DNA from: Deinococcus radiodurans R1 = ATCC 13939 = DSM 20539
GTDB lineage: Bacteria > Deinococcota > Deinococci > Deinococcales > Deinococcaceae
Length of the DNA stretch: 32,000 nt
Assembly: GCF_000008565.1 (NCBI RefSeq)
Contig: NC_001263.1
Span: 183,659-215,658, forward strand
Reading direction: 5' to 3'
This document shows positions 20,249-29,414 of this stretch, one piece after another; within the stretch, counting starts at the first letter, position 1; each line of letters begins with the position of its first letter. The translations under genes were made by a program, and so were the position numbers. A model generated the notes under the pieces. The model saw only the letters and a program-made list of their open reading frames with translations, was not told the DNA's origin and searched no databases.

Positions 20249-21067
20249 TTAGCGGCGTCCGCCAAACATCCCAATAAGGTCGTTCAGCGCGTTGCCGTCA
20301 CCGTCGCGGTCCAGCGTGCGGTTGAGGGTGCCGAGCAGGTCGCCCTGACCGCCCATTTGAGCTTGGCCCATCTGTGCCTGACCCATCTGGGGCTGCTGCG
20401 CTGCGTTGCCCGCCGGAAAGCCGGGGAACATCTGGCCGCCGCCCATGCCGGTGTTCTGGTTCTGAGACTGCGGCATCTGTGCTTGCGCCTGACCCCCGCC
20501 GAGCATCCCGCCCAGCACACTGCCGAGGCCGCCCGCCGCGCCGCCACCGAGCAGCCCGCCGAGGATGGAGCCGAGGCCCCCGCCCAGACCGCCGCCCATG
20601 CCACCAGGAAGGCTCATGCCGCCGCCCGACTGTCCGCCCATGTTGCCGCCCATCTGCCCACCCTGGGCACGGGAGCGGTTGCTGAGGTAGCTCAGAATCA
20701 GGGGCGCGACCATCATCAGAATCTGCATCGCCATCTGGGGGTCAATGCCCGCCCGCTGGCCGATGGCGTTGGCCGCCGCCTGCTGCTGCCCGCCGAACAC
20801 GTGGCCCAGGATTTTCTGGCCCTCGTTCATGTCGGGTGTCTGCCCCTGCTGAAAGCCGAGCATGGCGCTGTCGTCGTGCTGGCCGACCGCCGACGCGAGC
20901 GCGTCCAGGCCGCCGGGCTGGGTCGCGTTGCGGGTCATCGCGCCGAGCAGCAGCGGCACAGCCGCTTCCAGCGCCGCTTCGGTCTGCTGGGGGGTGGTGC
21001 CGAGTTGGTTGCCGACCGTCTGCTGTGCCTGACCCATGCCGCCGAGCATGTTGAAAATGTCCATCAT
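20249..21067 (-). CDS. DUF937-like protein with a long Gly/Gln/Met low-complexity region and an EF-hand-like C-terminal loop
   Basis: 272 aa with GGAGGA 8 nt before the ATG. The N-terminal ~130 aa resemble DUF937 (ALEAAVPLLLGAM..GQKILGHVFGG..MVAPLILSYL). The middle is GGQMGGNMGGQSGGGMSLPGGMGGGLGGGLGS.... The end is LDRDGDGNALNDLIGMF. Confidence 0.75.
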   Translation of the reverse strand: MMDIFNMLGGMGQAQQTVGNQLGTTPQQTEAALEAAVPLLLGAMTRNATQPGGLDALASAVGQHDDSAMLGFQQGQTPDMNEGQKILGHVFGGQQQAAANAIGQRAGIDPQMAMQILMMVAPLILSYLSNRSRAQGGQMGGNMGGQSGGGMSLPGGMGGGLGGGLGSILGGLLGGGAAGGLGSVLGGMLGGGQAQAQMPQSQNQNTGMGGGQMFPGFPAGNAAQQPQMGQAQMGQAQMGGQGDLLGTLNRTLDRDGDGNALNDLIGMFGGRR

Positions 21068-21154
21068 GGTGGGTGTCCTCCTGAGATGAAGTGAAATCGG
21101 CTCAGCGTAGGGTGAGGGCGTGAAGGTGGGGGCAGAGCCGGGTTGCGCGTTCGT

Positions 21155-21691
21155 TTAGGCGGTGGGGTGCCCCCTGCCGACTGCCGCTAGAAACCGCCGT
21201 GCCTCCCCTGGCGAACGCAGGCGCACCAGGCGCAAGTGAGGAAATTCGGCGGCGAGGGCGGGAGTCTCCTGCCTTCTCCGCCAGTGGGTTTTCCAGAACC
21301 AGCGTAAGGGGCCTTCGGGGTCTAGAAGCGCCCCGCGCCATGTTTCGCGGTTGCCGTTCCAGAGTTCCTGCTGCGTCAGCACTCGCCATAGAGTTCGGCG
21401 GACGAGACGCGAATACACCAACCACGCAGGAAAATCCAGCCAGATGAGCGTGTCCGCCCGCGCCCAGCCGAGGTCGCGGGCCTTGCCATAGTTCCCGTCC
21501 ATGACCCAAGCGGGCTGGGACGTGAAGGTATCCACCCGGGCGCGGAAGCGGCCCAGCGGGGCCATCTGCCAGTTCGCTTCGTGGTTCCAGGCGTCCTGCT
21601 CGCCGTGGGGCAGGCCGAGCCGCTGCGCCAGTGCACGGGCAAACGTCGTTTTGCCGCTGCCGGTGGTTCCGATGACGATGATGCGGAGCAT
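21155..21691 (-). CDS. P-loop NTPase, adenylate-kinase-like (topology modulation protein FlaR-like family)
   Basis: 178 aa with Walker A IGTTGSGKTT and WVMDGNYGKARDLGWARADTLIWLDFPAWL, typical of this small kinase-like family. Confidence 0.8.
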   Translation of the reverse strand: MLRIIVIGTTGSGKTTFARALAQRLGLPHGEQDAWNHEANWQMAPLGRFRARVDTFTSQPAWVMDGNYGKARDLGWARADTLIWLDFPAWLVYSRLVRRTLWRVLTQQELWNGNRETWRGALLDPEGPLRWFWKTHWRRRQETPALAAEFPHLRLVRLRSPGEARRFLAAVGRGHPTA

Positions 21692-21798
21692 GGGCAGAGT
21701 TCAGCACGGACGCCCCCCGCGCCCATGAGCCATCTGGCCGATGCGCCCGCGCTCCGGCCCTGCCTATCCTTCACGTTCCACAGTTCGGCACAACTGGG

Positions 21799-22626
21799 GT
21801 GGAGGTGGCTTTGAATGATTTTTTGAGTATTCCGGCGGTCAATGCCGGTCTGTATCTCGCGCTCGCCCGGCTGGGGTTCCGGCGGCAGTTCGCGTACCTG
21901 CAAGCGGCGCTGTGGGGGTTGGTCACGAATCTGTTTTTCGGGCTGCTGCGGATTTCTATTTTGCTGGCGCTGTTTGATGGGCGGCCCCAGGTGGCGGGGC
22001 TGACGGGCGGCGACGCGGTGACGTATGTCGCGCTGACGCAGACGTTTATCGCGTCGTTTTCGCTGTTCGGGTGGTCGGAGTTCATGCGGACCATTCACCG
22101 GGGCGAGGTGGCGACCGACCTGCTGCGTCCGCTGGACCTGCTGGCGTCCTGGGCGGCGCAGGATGCGGGCCGGGCGGCGGGACAGTTCGTGCTGCGCGGG
22201 CTGCCGATGCTGGTGCTCTTTGCGCTGCTGTGGGGGGCGCGGATGCCCGCTTTGCCGCCTGAGACGCTATTGAGCGTGGTGCCCGCGTGGGCGTGCGGCT
22301 TCGCCTACCGCTTTCTGGTCAACTGCGCCGCCTTCTGGTCGCCGGACGCGGTGGGCATCGGGCGCTTCGCCTGGGTGCTGCTGGGGCTGGGCTGCGGGTT
22401 TCTGATGCCGCTGCGCCTGTTTCCCGACTGGCTGCGGGCGGCGCTGGCGTGGACGCCGTTTCCTTCCATGCTCAACACCACCGTGGAGCTGTGGCTGGGC
22501 CTGAAAACCGGCGCGGCGGCGTGGGGAGCACTCGGCGTGCAGATGGGCTGGACCGTGGCTTTGCTGGGGCTGTGCGCCTGGGTGCTCCGGCGGGGCCTCG
22601 GGCGGCTGGAGGTGGCCGGTGGGTAG
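21799..22626 (+). CDS. ABC-2 family transporter permease (ABC2_membrane_6/DUF990-like), subunit 1
   Basis: 275 aa, multi-TM, with IHRGEVATDLLRPLDLL. The start is uncertain: GTG 21799, GTG 21805, or TTG 21811 after GGAGG 21801-05. Confidence 0.8.
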   Translation: MEVALNDFLSIPAVNAGLYLALARLGFRRQFAYLQAALWGLVTNLFFGLLRISILLALFDGRPQVAGLTGGDAVTYVALTQTFIASFSLFGWSEFMRTIHRGEVATDLLRPLDLLASWAAQDAGRAAGQFVLRGLPMLVLFALLWGARMPALPPETLLSVVPAWACGFAYRFLVNCAAFWSPDAVGIGRFAWVLLGLGCGFLMPLRLFPDWLRAALAWTPFPSMLNTTVELWLGLKTGAAAWGALGVQMGWTVALLGLCAWVLRRGLGRLEVAGG

Positions 22627-22635
22627 GGCGTCAAT

Positions 22636-22713
22636 GGGTGATGGACGAAGGTTGATGGAAGGGGGAGCCAGAGCTGATGCGTGACCCCCATCATCCATCA
22701 CCCCTCTACCATC
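22636..22713. repeat. GATGG/CCATC-rich imperfect inverted repeat, copy 1
   Basis: GGGTGATGGAcgaagGTTGATGG ... CCCATCATCCATCACCC. It straddles the permease-1/permease-2 junction and includes ATG 22677. Confidence 0.6.
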
Positions 22714-23510
22714 TCCGGCTCTACTTCCTGCTGCTGCGCGCGCAGGCCCGGTCGCAGCAGGTCTACCGCCTGTCCTTTGCGCTGGACGCGCTGGCCGCCG
22801 CGCTTATCACGTTTACCGAGTTCATGGCGTTTGTGCTGGTGCTGCCCCGCTTTGGGGGCCTGGGCGGGTGGACACTGCCCGAGGTGTCGCTGCTCTACGG
22901 CCTTGCAGAACTGAGTTTCGTGGTGATGGACATGCTGTTTGGCGGCTTTGACGCGCCCAACATGAGCCAGCAGGTCCGCAGCGGCAGTTTTTCCACCTTC
23001 CTGCTGCGGCCCTTGCCGTTGCCGCTGCAAGTCTTCGGGTCGGACTTCGCGCTGCGGCGGGTTACGCGGGTGCTGCTGGCGGTGGGCATCGTGGCGTATG
23101 CCGTGTCGGGGCTGGACATCTCGTGGACGCCCGCTGATATTGCTCTGCTTGTGGGCAGCGTGCTCGGCATGACTGCCTTTTTCGGTGGCCTGTTCGTCAT
23201 CGGCGGCACGCTGACCTTCTGGACAGTGGAGAGCGTGGAGGCGATGAACGTGCTCACCTACGGGGGCCGTTCGCTGATTTCGTACCCGATGGACATTTAC
23301 GGGACGTTCCTGCGTAAGACCTTCACCTACGTTATCCCCGCCGCCTTTCTCTCGTATTTTCCCGTGCTGCATGTGCTGGGCCGCCCGTTGCCCGACGGCT
23401 TGCCTGAGTGGGCGGCTTTCCTTCCCTTGCCTGCCGGAGTGCTGGTGCTGACACTTGCCTTCGCCTTCTGGCGGGTGGGGGTGCGGCGGTACGTGGGCAC
23501 GGGGAGTTGA
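22677..23510 (+). CDS. ABC-2 family transporter permease (DUF990-like), subunit 2
   Basis: 277 aa, multi-TM, with QVRSGSFSTFLLRPLPLPLQVFG. The first ~12 codons (MRDPHHPSPLYH) lie inside the GATGG repeat. Confidence 0.8.
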   Translation: MRDPHHPSPLYHLRLYFLLLRAQARSQQVYRLSFALDALAAALITFTEFMAFVLVLPRFGGLGGWTLPEVSLLYGLAELSFVVMDMLFGGFDAPNMSQQVRSGSFSTFLLRPLPLPLQVFGSDFALRRVTRVLLAVGIVAYAVSGLDISWTPADIALLVGSVLGMTAFFGGLFVIGGTLTFWTVESVEAMNVLTYGGRSLISYPMDIYGTFLRKTFTYVIPAAFLSYFPVLHVLGRPLPDGLPEWAAFLPLPAGVLVLTLAFAFWRVGVRRYVGTGS

Positions 23511-23570
23511 TGGTGCTCGTCTTTTCTCCATCCACCATCAGGCCGTCAGGCCGAACCTCTCCACCATCTC
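23506..23570. repeat. GATGG/CCATC-rich inverted repeat, copy 2
   Basis: TGATGGTG (23508-15) pairs with CACCATCA (23533-40). ATCCACCATCA is shared with copy 3, and a further CCACCATC sits at 23561-68. Confidence 0.55.
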
Positions 23571-23589
23571 CCCTCCGAAGGAGCCACCC

Positions 23590-24519
23590 ATGATTGAAGT
23601 GCGCCACCTGTGCAAGTCGTTCGCCCGCAAACCCGCCGTGCAGGACATTTCGTTTTCCATTCCGGCGGGCGAAATCGTGGGGTATCTGGGGCCGAACGGA
23701 GCGGGCAAATCCACCACCATCAAGGTGCTGACCGGGCTGCTGGTGCCCGACTCCGGCGAGGTGCGGGTGGGCGGTTTGGTGCCGTGGAAACAGCGGCGGC
23801 AGCATGTGGCGCGGCTGGGCGCGGTGTTCGGGCAGCGCACGACGCTGTGGTGGGACCTGCCGGTGCGCGAGTCGCTGGAGTTGCTGCGGCATGTGTACCG
23901 CGTGCCCGCTGCCCGTTTTGCCGAGAACCTCGCCGGCTTTACCGAGCTGCTGGAGCTGGGGCCGTTTCTGAACACCCCGGCGCGGGCGCTCTCGTTGGGG
24001 CAGCGGATGCGGGCCGACCTCGCGGCGGCGCTGCTACACGACCCCGAACTGCTGTTTCTGGACGAACCGACGGTGGGGCTGGACGTGGTGGCAAAGGAGC
24101 GCATCCGCGAATTTGTCAAAGCGGTCAATGCCGAGCGCGGCGTCACCGTGCTGCTCACCACCCACGACCTCGGCGACGTGGAGCGGCTCGCGCGCCGGGT
24201 GATGATGATTGACACCGGGCGGCTGCTGTTCGACGGCCCGCTCGCAGAGTTGCAGGCCCGCTACGGCGGCGAGCGGGAACTGTGGGTGGAATTTGAAAAA
24301 GCCCCCGCGCAGCCCGCCCTGCCCGGCCTCACGCTGCTGGGGCAAGACGGCCCGCGCGTGCGCTACGGCTTTTCCGGGGCCGCCGCCGCGCCCATCGCGC
24401 AGGTGACGGCGCTGGCCCCGGTGCGCGACCTCGCCGTCAAGGAGCCGGAGGTGGAAGCGACCATCCGGCGGATTTACGAGGGGAACCTGCTGGGGAGCAG
24501 AAGCGTAAGGGAGGGATGA
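23590..24519 (+). CDS. ABC transporter ATP-binding protein
   Basis: AAGGAG lies 6 nt before ATG 23590. Walker A is GPNGAGKST, the signature is LSLGQRMRA and Walker B is LLFLDEPTVGLD. The track start at 23455 is rejected because it overlaps the permease. Confidence 0.92.
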   Translation: MIEVRHLCKSFARKPAVQDISFSIPAGEIVGYLGPNGAGKSTTIKVLTGLLVPDSGEVRVGGLVPWKQRRQHVARLGAVFGQRTTLWWDLPVRESLELLRHVYRVPAARFAENLAGFTELLELGPFLNTPARALSLGQRMRADLAAALLHDPELLFLDEPTVGLDVVAKERIREFVKAVNAERGVTVLLTTHDLGDVERLARRVMMIDTGRLLFDGPLAELQARYGGERELWVEFEKAPAQPALPGLTLLGQDGPRVRYGFSGAAAAPIAQVTALAPVRDLAVKEPEVEATIRRIYEGNLLGSRSVREG

Positions 24520-24914
24520 CCGCACCTGAAGATTCCCGCTCACGCCTTGCGCCGCAGCCGTTCACACTTCCACTGTGGCTGAGCGTGCCGCTGCTGCTCG
24601 GACTGCTGATGTATGGCGCGGACACGGCCCTGCACGCCGTCGCGTGGCCGGGACAGCTCGGAGGCGTGCTGGGGGCAGTGCTGGCGCTGTGCGGCGTCGT
24701 TTTCACCTGGCGCCGCCGGGCGCCTTCCGCGCCAGGAGCGTTTTTCGGTGCCTACGTGCTGATGAAGGCGTGGGCGCGGCTGGACCCTGCCGCCGCCAAC
24801 GGCACGCTGGCGGGCAGGTCTCTCATCTGGCCGGTGCTGTTGTCGCTGCTGGTGGGGTGCTGGCTGGTGTTCTCCGACAAAGTTTTCTCTGATGGGAAGT
24901 CGCACCCTGCCTGA
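24516..24914 (+). CDS. small 4-TM membrane protein, translationally coupled to the ABC ATPase (ATGA overlap)
   Basis: 132 aa with 4 predicted TM segments. GQLGGVLGAVLALCGVVFTWRRR resembles GDLGGVVALLCAVLGLVQQRRG of the 25581 gene. Confidence 0.6.
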   Translation: MTAPEDSRSRLAPQPFTLPLWLSVPLLLGLLMYGADTALHAVAWPGQLGGVLGAVLALCGVVFTWRRRAPSAPGAFFGAYVLMKAWARLDPAAANGTLAGRSLIWPVLLSLLVGCWLVFSDKVFSDGKSHPA

Positions 24915-25049
24915 CCGCTTCGGCTTGCAAGTGGAACCCGAGATTCAGGAGGCCTGGCGGCGGACCTTCGATACAGTTCGCTCGCTGTCGTGACCTTCAG
25001 CGAGTTTGTCTTGCCACTCATGCTGGTGGGGTGGCTGGCGCGGCGCAGG
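24892..25049 (+). pseudogene. decayed, internally deleted copy of the 25581-25973 membrane-protein gene
   Basis: The N-terminal piece (24907-24969) is 43/63 nt identical, ungapped, to 25590-25652 (PDRFGLQVEPEIQEAWRRTF vs PDRFGLEGAPEIRKARRRPF). The C-terminal piece (25008-25049, different frame) is 28/42 identical to 25932-25973 (VLPLMLVGWLARR vs GLPALLLWWLRRR). Confidence 0.45.
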
Positions 25050-25117
25050 CAACCGCGAGACTTCCTTTCACCTCACCGTTAGACCGGCTGCCTACCTTCC
25101 GCGCAGGAGGCCTGCTT

Positions 25118-25489
25118 ATGACCAAGACCCTGCTGTCCGCCCTCGCCGCCCTGCTCCTGTCCACTGCCGCTTTCGCTCAGACGGCCCCGACCCCAGTCCA
25201 TGCTGCACCGACCCAGACCGCATCTTCCCAGACGGCCCCGACGACTTCGACCCACACCCCGAAGGCCCGCACAGCTACGCCCCGGACCACCGCGCCGCTG
25301 CCCACGGCCCCGGTAAACGTCAACACTGCCACCGCCGCGCAGCTCATGACCCTGCCGGGCGTGAGCAACAAGATTGCCGCCGAGATCATCAAGGACCGGC
25401 CCTATAAGAACGCCGCCGAGCTGGTCAAAAAGGTCAAAGGCATCGGCAAGAACAACGTCAAGCCGATGACGCCTTACCTCGCCTTCTGA
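25118..25489 (+). CDS. comEA: ComEA-like secreted helix-hairpin-helix DNA-binding protein
   Basis: AGGAGG lies 7 nt before ATG 25118. It has a signal peptide MTKTLLSALAALLLSTAAFA|Q, a Thr/Pro/Ala linker and the HhH segment VNVNTATAAQLMTLPGVSNKIAAEIIKDRPYKNAAELVKKVKGIGKNNV. Confidence 0.85.
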   Translation: MTKTLLSALAALLLSTAAFAQTAPTPVHAAPTQTASSQTAPTTSTHTPKARTATPRTTAPLPTAPVNVNTATAAQLMTLPGVSNKIAAEIIKDRPYKNAAELVKKVKGIGKNNVKPMTPYLAF

Positions 25490-25513
25490 AGATTGCAGCC
25501 ACCGTCTAAAGAG

Positions 25514-25536
25514 AACGCCGGGGGAGACCCGGCGTT
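25514..25536 (+). terminator. hairpin downstream of comEA
   Basis: AACGCCGGG-ggaga-CCCGGCGTT is a perfect 9-bp stem followed by GTTGCTGGTTGG, a weak U-tract. Confidence 0.55.
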
Positions 25537-25568
25537 GTTGCTGGTTGGAACCCGCGCGCTGCTCGGCG

Positions 25569-25574
25569 CATATT
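25569..25574 (+). promoter_or_regulatory. -10-like CATATT, 6 nt before ATG 25581 (leaderless)
   Basis: The spacing matches the other leaderless starts and there is no SD. Confidence 0.3.
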
Positions 25575-25580
25575 CGGGGC

Positions 25581-25973
25581 ATGACTCGCCCTGACCGCTT
25601 TGGCCTGGAAGGTGCGCCTGAAATCCGAAAGGCGCGGCGCCGGCCCTTTGGACGTGGCCCCTTCGCCACGGTTCTGCTGGCCCTCCTCGCGCTGAGCGGC
25701 GTTGCAGGACTGTTGGCGGCGAAAAGCTGGTACGGAGACCTTGGGGGCGTCGTCGCCCTGCTGTGCGCCGTGCTGGGGCTGGTGCAGCAGCGGCGCGGCG
25801 GGCTGAGCGACAACGGCGCGCTGTGGTGGTACGTGACCGGCTTTTTCACCCTGACGCTCTGGCAACGGCTCGACCGCCTGCCGCAGCCACCCCTGACGGG
25901 CACGCTGGTCTGGACTGTGCTGATGAGCATCGGCCTGCCCGCACTGCTGCTGTGGTGGCTGCGGCGGCGTTAG
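25581..25973 (+). CDS. small 4-TM membrane protein, paralog of the 24516 gene
   Basis: 130 aa starting MTRPDRFGLEGAPEIRKARRRPF, followed by 4 TM segments. ATG 25581 is preferred over the track start at 25545 on the promoter pattern. Confidence 0.65.
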   Translation: MTRPDRFGLEGAPEIRKARRRPFGRGPFATVLLALLALSGVAGLLAAKSWYGDLGGVVALLCAVLGLVQQRRGGLSDNGALWWYVTGFFTLTLWQRLDRLPQPPLTGTLVWTVLMSIGLPALLLWWLRRR

Positions 25974-25977
25974 CCCC

Positions 25978-27375
<1,398 letters not shown>

Positions 27376-27377
27376 GA

Positions 27378-27461
27378 GGTTGATGGTAAAGGGTTGATGG
27401 GAGATGGATAGCGAGGCTAAGGCCAAAGTTGCTCTCCCTATCCACCATCAACGGCCCACCA
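27378..27461. repeat. GATGG/CCATC-rich inverted repeat, copy 3
   Basis: GGTTGATGGtaaagGGTTGATGGgaGATGGATAG ... CTATCCACCATCAAC. It fills the ydcF-trmFO gap. Its minus strand contains TACCAT (27383-88) 7 nt before the trmFO ATG. Confidence 0.6.
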
Positions 27462-28298
27462 TTACCTCTCCGGCGTGCCGCCCAGTGCGCTTTTGACCCG
27501 CGACAGCCCCTCGTACAGCAGCGTCCGCAGGGCAAAGAGGCGGTCACTCGGCGTCTGCAACGACTGGTCGTAGCGGCTCTCGAAGGTCGGCACGCTGACC
27601 ACCGGCACGCCATACCCGGCAAACAGGGCGGCGGCGCGGCGCGAGTGGCTGGGCGAAGTGACGAGCAGCACCCGCCGCCAGCCGCGCTCACGCGCCAGCA
27701 CGCTCACCCGCTGCGCCTCGTCGCGGGTGGTGGTGACGTGGGGGAGGGTGAGCACCTCGGGCCCGCCCGCGCCGTAGAGCTCCCGGACCAGCTCGCGCTC
27801 CAGCACGCTCATTTTCGGGCAATTGTGGGGGCCGATAAGGCCCGACTGCTCCGACACGGTGATGACCGGCGCGTACCCCGCCTGCCACAGCCGCAGCCCG
27901 CCGAGCAGCCGCGCCACACTGCTCGATTCCAGTTGCGCCGCGCCGCAGTTCACCCCGCCACCGAGCACCACAATCGCGTCGGCCTTGACCGGCGGCTGCG
28001 TCAGCGTGAGCGCGCTCAGCGGCCCGCGCAGCACGGGCGTGAGCAGACACAACAGGCACAGCAGCGCCGCCGCCCCCGCCCCGCCGAACAGCAGCCAGCG
28101 CGACGGACGAAAAGCCCCTGCCAGCGTTCCCAGCGCCAGCAGCCCGAGCAGCAGCGCCGGAGTCGCGCGCACGTCGCCCACGAAGGCCACGAGCAGCCCC
28201 AGCCCCGCTCCCACCGCGAGGCCGCCCGCCACGCCGCGCCAGCGGGCCCAGGGATTCAGCGCGCGGTTCACGGTGCTCGGCACTTCGGTGTTCGTCAT
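27462..28298 (-). CDS. YdcF/ElyC-like DUF218 membrane protein
   Basis: ADAIVVLGGGV...ARLLGGLRLWQAGYAPVITVS...TTTRDEAQRVSVLARERGWRRVLLVTSPSHSRRA follows N-terminal TM segments. ATG 28298 overlaps the mscS stop (ATGA). Confidence 0.8.
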   Translation of the reverse strand: MTNTEVPSTVNRALNPWARWRGVAGGLAVGAGLGLLVAFVGDVRATPALLLGLLALGTLAGAFRPSRWLLFGGAGAAALLCLLCLLTPVLRGPLSALTLTQPPVKADAIVVLGGGVNCGAAQLESSSVARLLGGLRLWQAGYAPVITVSEQSGLIGPHNCPKMSVLERELVRELYGAGGPEVLTLPHVTTTRDEAQRVSVLARERGWRRVLLVTSPSHSRRAAALFAGYGVPVVSVPTFESRYDQSLQTPSDRLFALRTLLYEGLSRVKSALGGTPER

Positions 28299-29401
28299 CC
28301 TCGCGGCTCCGGCGCGGTGGGCGCCCCGTCCACCCGGTAAATCCACTGGCGCGGATAGGGCGCGGCGAGGCCGGCGTCTTGCAGGGCTTCTTTGGCCGCC
28401 TCGCGCAGTTGCATGGTCAGGACCGGGTAGGCCTTCACGTTCTCGTCGCTCACGTAAAACCGCATGATGAGTTCTAAGTTACTCTCGTTCACTTCGCGCA
28501 CCAGCACCACCGGCGCGGGGTCCGTCTCGACTTTGGGGTGCTGCGCCATCACCCTCAGCAGCACGGCGCGGGCCTCAGGCACCCGCTCCGCGTAGGCGAG
28601 CGGCAGCGGCACGTTCAGGCGCAGGGTGCCGCCCGCCGTCAGGTTCACCACGGTGGCCCCCGCCACGTCCTTGTTGGGAATACTGACCCACTCATTGTCG
28701 CGGGTCATGATGCGGGTGGTCCGCAGCGTGAGGCCGTGCACCTGCCCCTCGTAGTCGCGGATGCGCACCCAGTCGCCAATCCGAAAGGGCCGGTCGAGCA
28801 GCAGCGTCACCCCGCTGATGAGGTTGGCGAGAATGTCCTGCGCGGCAAAGCCCACCGCCAGCCCCACCACGCCCAGCCCGCCCAGAATCGGCAGCAGGTC
28901 GATGCCGAACTGCCGGAAGATGAGGTAGATGCCCGAGAGCAGCCACACCCCCCGCACCACGTTGCTCAGCAGCAGCGAGAGGCTGGCGTCCAGCCCCCAG
29001 GCGTTCGCCTGCCGGTGCAGCAGGTGGTGAATAAGCGCCCAGCCCGCGTAGAGCAGAAGCAGCAGCAGATACCCCCGGAACAGGGCCGGGATATACGGCG
29101 TCAGCAGTGGAAAGAGCCCCGCCACCGAAATGGCCGCCAGCAGCAGCCCGGTCAGCCGCAGCACCCGCCGCAGCGTGGTCCGCAGCACCGGATGCGCGTC
29201 CGGCGGCCCGAAGCGGCTCAGCAGCCACAGCGCCAGCCGAATCAGCCCCCAGAACAGCAGTGCGTAGGCGGCGGCCAGCACCGCGGAGAGCAGGATGGCG
29301 GGGCCGTATTCCGTCAGGAACCGCTGTACGTCGGCCCAGACTGTGCGCCCCAGGTCCAGCAGGGCGTCGAGGCCGAACAGGTGCGACTTGGTGAGGCTCA
29401 T
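28295..29401 (-). CDS. mscS: MscS-family mechanosensitive ion channel
   Basis: 368 aa, with GGLGVVGLAVGFAAQDILANLISGVTLLLDRPFRIGDWVRI...GQVHGLTLRTTRIMTRDNEWVSIPN. Confidence 0.9.
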   Translation of the reverse strand: MSLTKSHLFGLDALLDLGRTVWADVQRFLTEYGPAILLSAVLAAAYALLFWGLIRLALWLLSRFGPPDAHPVLRTTLRRVLRLTGLLLAAISVAGLFPLLTPYIPALFRGYLLLLLLYAGWALIHHLLHRQANAWGLDASLSLLLSNVVRGVWLLSGIYLIFRQFGIDLLPILGGLGVVGLAVGFAAQDILANLISGVTLLLDRPFRIGDWVRIRDYEGQVHGLTLRTTRIMTRDNEWVSIPNKDVAGATVVNLTAGGTLRLNVPLPLAYAERVPEARAVLLRVMAQHPKVETDPAPVVLVREVNESNLELIMRFYVSDENVKAYPVLTMQLREAAKEALQDAGLAAPYPRQWIYRVDGAPTAPEPRG

Positions 29402-29407
29402 GGGGGG

Positions 29408-29413
29408 AGTTTA
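29408..29413 (-). promoter_or_regulatory. -10-like TAAACT, 6 nt before ATG 29401 (leaderless mscS)
   Basis: The minus strand reads cccTAAACTccccccATG with no SD. Confidence 0.3.
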
Positions 29414-29414
29414 G

